A stretch of DNA of 62,972 nt. It comes from Phoronis australis (Eukaryota; Animalia; Phoronida). Positions 54,067 to 62,972 of the stretch are shown piece after piece. The stretch covers positions 96,402 to 159,373 of the forward strand of contig NMRA01000167.1 of assembly GCA_002633005.1 (NCBI GenBank), given 5' to 3'. The notes below the pieces were generated by a model. That model saw only the letters and a program-made list of their open reading frames with translations. It made no database searches and was not told where the DNA came from. Every line of letters begins with the position of its first letter. Within the stretch, counting starts at the first letter, position 1. A program made the position numbers and the translations under genes.

Positions 54067-54666
54067 TGTTGTGAAAGTGCTTCTGTGAATCATATATGAG
54101 CCTCTGTTAGCCACTCGCTAACGGGCAATTGCCTATTAGCTGAATGGTTAGCACGCTCGCCGGTTAAATCAGGGTCGCTGGTTCGATTCCTGAGGTCGGG
54201 CAATCACGGCTATTACGACAATTGGCATAGTCGGCAAACGGCTGATATACCAATGAAGCACTTCATAGACCCTGGGGCCTGAGACAGCACGGTTGTTGGT
54301 AGGGTACAGGCATAATGTAAGGTGCACGTGCAGGCATGATGTAAGGTGCATGTACAGGCATAATGTAAGGTGCACGTGCAGGCATAATGTAAGGTGCACG
54401 TGCAGGCAGGGTGTAAGGTACGTGTGCAGGCATGGTGTAAGGTACGTGTGCAGGCATAATGTAAGGTACACCTGGCTGTTGGCGCGCTTGTTGATAGGAA
54501 AGGGGGGAATGTTGTGAAAGTGCTTCCGGTGAATCATATATATGAGCCTCTGTTAGCCACTTGCTAACGGGCAATTGCCTATTAGCTGAATGGTTGGCAC
54601 GCTCGCCGGTTAAATCGGGGTCGCTGGTTCGATTCCCGAGGTCGGACAATCACGGCTGTTATGACA
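54067..54666 (+). mobile_element. Non-autonomous miniature LTR retrotransposon (TRIM) with tRNA-derived LTRs
   Basis: Direct repeats 54067-54220 and 54510-54666, both TGT...ACA; GTAC TSD at 54063-54066 and 54667-54670; PBS TGGCATAGTCGGCA at 54223-54236; PPT AGGAAAGGGGGGAA at 54496-54509; A box TAGCTGAATGG and B box GGTTCGATTCC in each LTR. Confidence 0.9.
54307..54471. repeat. 24-bp tandem array (~7 copies) inside the TRIM
   Basis: Unit caggcataatgtaaggtgcacgtg with variants, starting at 54307, 54331, 54355, 54379, 54403, 54427, 54451. Confidence 0.9.
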
Positions 54667-55318
54667 GTACCTTTTAGTTACATAACTGCAGGGACTCCTT
54701 AGGAGGCCGTAGTTGATGTTTTTGAATAATTCCTTCCAACTCGAACAAATACTCCGACCCATAATGAAAGGTTTTCTTCCAGCTGTCCTTCGTTCAGTTG
54801 CCCAAATCGACAACTGGCCATTTTTACCCTGCACGCGGTCCTATTTTTACCACGCCCATCAGGAGCACACGCAGTGTTAAAGTTGCCCAGCGTGGTTTGC
54901 AGTTTGTAGATGTCAGGAAACAACATTTGGTAAAGGTAACCAATAGCAGCCATTAAAAATGGAAAAATGACCATTTTGGCAATTATTTTTCTATGATATA
55001 AGAGAATTACTGGGGTCCGTGGTTATTTGAGCTGCCTGACTTTCAGGATACGTCTAAACGCCAAGCAGCTGTGCATTTAGAGGGGGCCCAGATTCCATTT
55101 GGCAGTTGGGGGGTGCGAATGTCTGACGGGCAAAATCCTGCCTAATACTCTACCCTGGCCCCCCCTAACTCAAAATCCAGGACCCGCCCCTGCCAAGGTT
55201 CACAGACTATACTTTTATGATTGGGTACTGTCATCAGGTTTGAGCATGACGTCAATGTAAAATCAACTGACTGATGTTCCTTGGCTGTGGTTTATCGTGA
55301 ACAGAAGCAGGATCTAAT

Positions 55319-55647
55319 CTTAATCTTCTCTAAATCGGAAGTCGAAATTCGTTTTAGTACTTTCCATTCTACTTTTGTCTGAACTCAAGATAAGTATCTA
55401 TTATTTTGTGCTCGAGTGCATCATGGTTTATGCAAATGAGTTACTAGTCCAAGTTCACATTTGGTGAATCTTAGATTCGAGCTCAAAACTTGAGTAAAAA
55501 GGTGAGATTTCAAGTTCAACCTCGGAACCTCGAGCCCTAAGGTTGAAGACTTTAGCATATATACACACTGATGTTGAGTTCACACAAAAGTAGAATGGAA
55601 AATACTGAACAATAATTTCAAGTTCAATCTCAACTAAAAAGATTTAA
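55319..55647. mobile_element. Fold-back MITE with long imperfect TIRs
   Basis: agtactttccattctacttttgtctgaactcaa pairs with ttgagttcacacaaaagtagaatggaaaatact. Confidence 0.65.
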
Positions 55648-57783
55648 CCCTGGCCCTGCATTTTTTGGGGGGATTCAAGAAAGGACACTCATAGTGGACG
55701 CTTTAATTAGTACTGCAGTTGATCAGCGGTTGACTTATGCATTGTCATGGGAGATGTTATGAATATTGAAGCGACTTAGTAATAAAACAGTGTGTAAAAA
55801 TTTTAAGTCTTACTGTCTTATTTAGAACACAATGTGGCTGACAGGTGAAATTTTATTTTATAATTTTTTCCACTTAGCATATGCAGCACCAAATAAAATT
55901 TTCTTCTCCTAATTGATATCCTGTACCACGCCTACCATCGCCTGGTCAAAGTTTTTGAAAACTTGTTTGCATTCACAGCAACGTTAGAAGCCCAGCTATG
56001 AAAATGAAGGAAGAACAATTTTGGCTACTAATTTTGTTCGAAAAGGTTTTACCATGTGATACATGGAAACCAAAAATACTGTGTAAACTCTCAAGTGTCG
56101 ACAAAAATAATTACCAAAATTGACCATTTTTCATTTTTCCAAGGCGTCTAACATTGTAATGATTGCCCACAATTTTCCAGAATCATTGTATTTTGGTAGC
56201 TATAGTATACCGTTGATCTTTAAAAATGATGTAGCATTTGTTTGGGGCTACTTTTCTTTCGTAAAAATAATTTCAAAATAAAAAAATAAAATTTGACCTG
56301 TTTGTCCTAAATTAGTGAGATTTTAGTGTATGTGTCATGGGGATGGATACTGTGACTTGAGTTGTTTTATATGTGAAGTGTGTTTAGTCTGTCATTTGTT
56401 GCATAGCAACAGTCAAGTGTTCACTGTTCACAATAGCATTAATCTTTGTCATAGCACATTTTATCTAGATAACTTGTGAAGTGCAGGTGACTAGTTGAAA
56501 ATATCTTCATTCCATTTTATAAAAATCTTTTATTTAATTTGAACAAATGATATCAACACAGTAGGTTAGGTGGAGGGTTGCAGTACGAATACACAGTTTG
56601 TAAGGAAAGTGTACTTTAACGCATGTAAGTATATATATACAAGTAGATATAGATATATTACATGTAGATATATTAATCACATGATTAGATATAGATATAA
56701 ATATATATCACGTGTTGTTTATACGTTTTCATTACATATTTCACAAGAATGCCAGCATGATTGTCCATAATCCTAGTATTTTTTCCCGTGTTTTTCAAGA
56801 TCGACACTAGTCTTCTGTATCTCGATAGGCATTAATTTTCACATTCTCAAAAGTTTTTGTCTGAATGTCAATGGGTAATTCAGAGATAGAGGATTGATCA
56901 CTTATCTTAACAACCTTGTGATAATAGATTATGCATTGTGATCAAATATGTGAAAATGCAACTTGCTTTGGTGTGCTGAAATCTCACAAATTTAGTTTGC
57001 AATTCAATCAATTTATTTTCTTCATTTGTTCCTTGAAGATAAGTTGCGCAAGATAAGACTTCATTGGTCTTTCAGTTCCATGCCGTAGCTGCCATTAAGT
57101 GTTTCGAGAAATTGTGGCCACTCACAACTCTGTCAGAAGCCTTTGACAAATCTTGAAATAACCAATTTTGGCAAAACTTTTTCTCCCAGTGACACGATTT
57201 TACTGTATCCAAGTTTTCTGTCTATCTAGGTATGGTCCTCGCCTAGGGAATGTTTCCAAAGAAAATTTTTTGAATACACACCCGAGGCTTCTGGAAATCG
57301 GGGTAGAGTTGAGTAACGCGAAAATTTCGCTAAAAAGCGAGATTACACGAGATATTTCCATGTATTTTAAATGAGGACACATGATTGATTTTTTTGGCTA
57401 GATTTTAGCGAGGTCCTAGCGTAGGTCCTAACATTACTGAACTCTACCCTCTGCTGTGAGATGAGGTGTCATTAATGTAACCTTGTGTGACAGTTGTTAT
57501 CTACTAGTGACTGTTTTTTACCAGTCATTGACTTATGTTAAGTGTAACTACTGGTCTCCCTGAGAGTGCTGATGGTATCCACTCCCTCAGCAGACAATCG
57601 TCACCATAAGCTTGCGTGTGGCTTATCTTGTGTCATGAACAGATAATTTACTCTCGCTAATGCTGGCACAATGTACCAATTACGGTTATCACAGGTTATC
57701 ATTCTTGTAGTGGGATGGTCAATGTCGCGTGCTTGTATGAGCTGATAGCTGAATCATGTGTTAACGACATCCTGTTTCATTTC

Positions 57784-57831
57784 AGTTGGGCCCGTCACAA
57801 TTCATTGGAAAGAATCTGTTCTAAGTTGTCA
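57784..57831 (+). other. Candidate non-coding 5' exon of the gelsolin-like gene
   Basis: The gelsolin ATG is 2 nt after an acceptor (tttcag 59366), so an upstream exon is implied; here an initiator-like TCAGTT is followed by a strong gtaagt donor at 57832. Confidence 0.35.
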
Positions 57832-59368
57832 GTAAGTTAAGTGACTGAGTGCTTGGTCTTCTTCTGTTGTCTTGTTTTTGTTGCAAAATTTACAGCTAAT
57901 TTAGCAGTTTTGTATTATAAAATCGTGAATTGATTACTTTTGTAAAAATATGTCTCCTTTTTATTAATTATTTTCCGCATTATTTCCTTTGTGTGTGCTG
58001 AGGTCTAAGTGGGATCATGACATTCCCCCTATTTTAGTTGCCCTCCATTATTTAGGAGCGTTTAGACAATTGAGATAAAAACTCATAATTGGGCTATTTT
58101 GTGCGCTACCCAAGTCGATCTATTTATTACGTGGCATTAAAGGGTGGTCTATGATTCTCCACCGGAGGTAATAGGACTGTTCTCAGCTTATAGCTATAAT
58201 TACGATAATTGCACTAGTGTCTTACATGCGTGTGTTTTGTGGACCCACAGAGTGTGGTGTTTGTCTGACTTTGTGGTATAATTTGGCTGCAAGTCTTCTT
58301 TCGTAAAAGCCTCATTAACATATGACTGTATTTTGACTTTGACGTTTTTACTTTAAGGTTATGTAAAATTTTATTGACAAGTCTGCGGGTGCAGCAAAAT
58401 ATCTACAAAACTGTTACTCGGAAGAATTGAATATTTTGTAAATTTAAAGCCTGTAGAACTTTATTCTGTAGCAATCTCTTGTTAATTGGTCACGTGACTG
58501 TCTTTTCAGTAAAATTTAATACGAAGGAAGGAACCAAAACAGTGCAGCAGTAGCATGATAATTTGATGAAATCTCACGAAAGTCATTTTTGATAGAGCCT
58601 CATGCAAAAGTAGAACATTTTGAAAATAATTTCACAAAGGATTTTTGGAGAACATAGTGCAAAATGCATTATATCTGAATATTTCACATGAATCTGTTAG
58701 CCATTTCTGAGATACGATGTTCTGAAGTAATCCAAATTTGAGCATTTTTTAGAGTCCTACATTGGCCGAACATTGATCACCAGCTTTTCTGTCTTTTAAA
58801 GTCATCTGTCTCTGGTGTGCTTAAGTCAGATGTCACATGTGGTGTCCCAAGGACATCGCAATGTTTGTTTCAATGACATAATGTCGTTTGGGACAACTTA
58901 TGCTACATCTGACTCCAGATGATAGACAGAGGGTGACTAGATGAACCAGTGGATATTAAACTTGTCTGTAAAATTTGAAATCAAGTTGGGTGTGTTTAAG
59001 GGGATATTATTGGTTTTGTGGCCGAAATATGCAGTTTAGTGATTATTGTTGGAAAGGATTGACTTGCTGAACGTATTAGCTTTGACCAGGGCTATGAAAT
59101 AACGCAATCCATTGTATTCTTGCAATTTTAATACAGAACGGGAATTCTGGCCATTGTCTGCCAGACATTGGATGAAATTGAGGCCGGTTACTTCACCAGT
59201 AGTTGAATATGCTTATTTTATAGTACTTTGGACTGAGATCTGTCGTGAGAGCATTTGGCTGCGACTTTGGAGGCTTCAGGTTTGAATCTGTGCCTGCGCT
59301 AATCTTAGAAAACATCTTTCGTCACTTAAACCCTTGGTTTGAGTGAACTTTTCTTGCTTGTTTCAGAA

Positions 59369-61742
59369 ATGCAGAAAGCCAAAAAGTATGACTGGAAAGA
59401 CAGCAACATGGCCCTGTTTGGCTCAGACATTGAGAAGAATGTCAAGCGTAAGTCACTCCAAAGAGTAGTGATAGGTCAATAATTATTTGATTATTCGTGT
59501 TATGCCCTCTAGAATGCCTTTGATGCTATTTAGCACGTAACATGTCAACCAAGGAAATTTTGTCAACTAACTCACCAAAAATGGCTATATTAGTTAAGTT
59601 GTTTTTTACTGGGTTGACATGTAATAAGTTTCCAGTATCAGCTTCAAGGTAATCTGCCTGGCCATTACATATTTTTAAAATTATTTTTCTTAGTATTAGT
59701 GGGACATTAGGAGGGCACTTCATTCATCAAGTTGTTATCCCTACTTTGTAAATTTTGAAAGAGGCTAGTTTATTTAGTGCGAGTTAGATGCATCAAACCT
59801 TTTGACGCTTTGATAGGAAATGAATTCTACCTGTAAAGCAGACGATTCAGCTGAGGCATCGTCAAGGAAACTAAAGTGCCTTTTTGTGCATGGCCACATG
59901 TTGATACTTTTGTATGTAGTAATGGTATCTGTCAACAGAAGACAGTAAAATCTCCAGTGTCAGCCAAAATCATGGTCAAAATTGATCTTTTTACAATTTT
60001 CAAAGACTAAACGGTGCCAATGCCCACATTGTCTCAAAACACTGAATTCTGATGGTAGCTAGAGCTATGGAACTTCAAAGTGGTAAAACATTTGGTTTGT
60101 GCTACTTTTCATTCATGAAAAATTGAAACTAAAATCTCACTTGTCAGCTATATTTTACCGTAGTGCCATTTTTACTAACTTCTTTCATATTGGTTGTCTG
60201 CTCTAGGCACGGCAGCTGAGAACGAGGCTGCGTGGTCGGGCTGTGGACAGGCTCCTGGTCTCAAGATTTGGCGCATCGTGGTAAGGCGATCAACTAGTAT
60301 GTCTTAACAGGATTTTGTTTCATGAAAACTTAGTACACAATTACTATTTTTTGAAAAATGATTAATAATTCTCTGTTGAGCAAAAGTGCAAAGTCTCTGA
60401 GAATATAGACATAACTGCTGTAAGCTGAGAAGTTAATTGAACACATCACACCAGTTTTGTTAGAACGTACACCAATTTGAAAATGAGTCGCTTGTTGATG
60501 ATTGAATCATAAAGTTTTTGTAACGCGACCGTGTACGCTTATGGGATATTTATAACATGGGAAACCATGTCATGTGAGATACTTGAGCTACTGAAACCCA
60601 AACTGAAATTGCTAACTTGATACTACTCCTACTCTTTTCTTACTAATGCCAGTTACTCATTGACAACGGCCACTCTTACAATCATCACAGCCCTGATGTT
60701 TGGCATGCGGGGGAGGGAAGCATTTGGTTTTATAATGGTTCTAATGTGTCAGAAATTCTCCAGTTTAGGACAGCAAATGTCTGACTCAGAGCTTGTACCA
60801 ATTTTTACAAATAAGAATTATCCAGGAGCTGTGGTTGCTGGCTATTCAAATCCCAAATCCCAAAGTTAAGAAAATTATAGAGATTATCTAGGGTCTGTGC
60901 ATGCTGGCTGTTCAAATCCGATGTCCCGAAGTTTTGAAAATTATGGACATTATCCAGGAGCTGTGGTTGTTCAATGGCTATTCAATTCCAAACAGGTAAG
61001 GTGCTTGGGAAATTACATGTAGCACCTAACCATCTTGAATTTTGGTGTCCCAACTTTTGGAGAATGTCCCATGTTTTGGAGGCTGTCTCAAACAGGAAGA
61101 TGTTCACAGTAACACCATGACTGTTTCACTGCTTGTCATTCAATGTATTTCAGAACTTCAAAGTGACCGATTGGCCAGAAGACGAGTACGGACAGTTCTT
61201 CAGTGGAGATTCCTACATCATTCTAAATGTATGCATGCGTAGTCTCTAATAGGAAGCTGGGAAGTTTTTATGCAGGAAATCGTTATTGCTAACAGTTTTC
61301 ACACTTACAGTGTTCCAGATGCCAATATTCTGTATAAGTTCCTAAAAATAATGCTTTAGTCAAATATTAGGTGATGCTCGCCAAATACTCCCAACTGAGA
61401 TCTAGCCTAGCATGTTGGGCTAATTTTCATTGGATCAGTGTTGTTGAGATTGGTAGTGTGTGACACCGATGCCAAGACAGATAATCACTGACTGCTCAGA
61501 TCAGCATCTGAAGCTTTTTTGTTACCAAGGCTTCAATTGAAGTTTAGTAATATTTTTGTGTGCTGAAGTGTTGATAACACATACTTGGATTTGCGATACA
61601 GTAAACAATACAATAAGACAAACTGTTAATTAGACAGCGGATGATTACTTAAATATTGATGTTTCAGACCTACAAACCCGACCCCAATGCTGAAGGCTTG
61701 GCATGGGATGTTCACTTCTGGATTGGCAAGTACAGTTCACAG
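59369..61742 (+). CDS. Gelsolin/severin-like actin-severing protein (invertebrate gelsolin-like type), first 4 coding exons; continues beyond the window
   Basis: Exons 59369-59447, 60207-60280, 61154-61228, 61668-61742 give MQKAKKYDWKDSNMALFGSDIEKNVKRTAAENEAAWSGCGQAPGLKIWRIVNFKVTDWPEDEYGQFFSGDSYIILNTYKPDPNAEGLAWDVHFWIGKYSSQ, a gelsolin repeat 1 signature (GLKIWRI, FFSGDSYIIL, DVHFWIG). Confidence 0.93.
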
Positions 61743-62539
61743 GTATATAGTTGGGGCCATGTTTATTCTGGCGCTTTCAGAATCATAGCCAAGAGTCTCC
61801 CCGAGTTGTACCACCTCACTTGTACCACAGGCATATGTCAAGTGAACTGTCTCAAGTGAAAGATCGCTGAGCTGCAAGCTTACACCCAGACTTGAAAAGA
61901 AGACAACAACGAACTTGCAGCACCCGGTGCAAAAATGTTAAAGGTTCTGAGGAAAAATTGAATTTTTGTTGGGTACTTTATGAATTTGGTCACTCAGGAA
62001 GATCTTGGTAATGATATGACAGGCCCATGTTTTGGCTGCATGATGGTGGTGTGTGGAACTGCATAGAGTATTTGACTTGTTATGCTTCTTATCTCCAGTT
62101 CCCCCATGAGCTGTCAGGGGTGGACCCAGGAATGAGTTGGGGGGGGGGGGGNATACATGAAACATGGGCAAAATCGTCTCCTACAGGCAAAACTCGACTA
62201 CCTGTGGCTTCATCTGCACTATGCAAGACTGATATTGGGTGTATGTGTAAAAAGGTCCTCCTTGACCACCAATAGTTAAATTTTTAAATCAGTTTTGACT
62301 ACAATAATTGGGAAAATGTTAGGAGGGTCATGGCCCCATTGGCCCCCTCTAAATCCGCCTCTGGGGGCATCTTTATTCAAACAAGGCAACATTCTTTATG
62401 GGTACAGAGGTCATTAAAACATTAAGATAAGAGTTCTGAGTGTGCTATTTCATTGCACAAGCCAAGGCAACCCATTGCGTGAGGAGTGCGCACTGTGTGG
62501 TTACTAAGTTTCATCTCTGTTTCCCAATCCCCAGTCATA

Positions 62540-62962
62540 CTAGGATTTTCTGTAGATAAGCCCACCCTATGAAATGCCCATGGGCGTTTATTTGGAAAAT
62601 TATGCGTTTATTTGGTGTTGCAACTGATGGTGTCAAACGTCCAGATAGGGCGACATTTATTGGAAAAATTTCCTCTTAAAAGCCCACTCAGCATCCACTT
62701 CTAGCCACAAATTCAGTTTTGTGAAGCATTTATCATTCATAAAAAGTGTTGGCGAATTATGTATTTATTAACTTAAAATTAAAGATCACAGTTATATTTA
62801 AAAAATTGCTGATATTTTCATATCAGCCGAGGCTTTGACTTTATGTTTACACGCCCCCCTTTTCTGAATAAACGCCCGGGCATTTATTTGGTGTTACTGA
62901 TACGCCTGAAAATTTTCATTTTCGGAATACATGCCCATGGGCTTATCTACGGAAAATCCCAG
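62540..62962. mobile_element. Tc1/mariner-type MITE flanked by TA
   Basis: TA-CTAGGATTTTCTGTAGATAAGCCCA ... TGGGCTTATCTACGGAAAATCCCAG-TA (25-bp TIR, 2 mismatches). Confidence 0.75.
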
Positions 62963-62972
62963 TACGAAAAGT

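Noticed and set aside
54131-54202. Possible tRNA gene (second copy ~54577-54648)
   Set aside because: A and B boxes are present but the acceptor, anticodon and T stems do not pair canonically; it sits inside LTRs, so it is treated as tRNA-derived, not a functional tRNA.
58489-58498. Second GTCACGTGAC motif upstream of the gelsolin-like start codon
   Set aside because: Lies inside a dispersed repeat copy; no independent support for a regulatory role.

Overview
Eukaryotic (animal) genomic DNA, AT-rich and intron-rich, with three assembly gaps. It is probably from a marine invertebrate, but that is inference. It carries three spliced protein-coding genes: (1) sorting nexin SNX1/SNX2 on the minus strand, with 10 coding exons read here (22953 down to 2653) and the 3' end beyond the left edge; (2) a complete 14-exon ULK3 kinase gene (kinase + two MIT domains + C-terminal CaaX) on the plus strand, 23179-39784, head-to-head with SNX across only 225 bp; (3) the first four coding exons of a gelsolin/severin-like gene from 59369. 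Between ULK3 and the gelsolin-like gene are a ~4.1 kb direct duplication containing a decayed CR1/L2-type LINE, a separate open RT fragment, and the most notable element. That element is a 600 bp non-autonomous LTR retroelement (TRIM, 54067-54666) whose LTRs contain a tRNA-like Pol III promoter. It also has a tRNA-Ser PBS, a PPT, a 4-bp TSD and an internal 24-bp tandem array. Introns hold MITEs, minisatellites, twin perfect palindromes and a duplicated SNX pseudo-exon.
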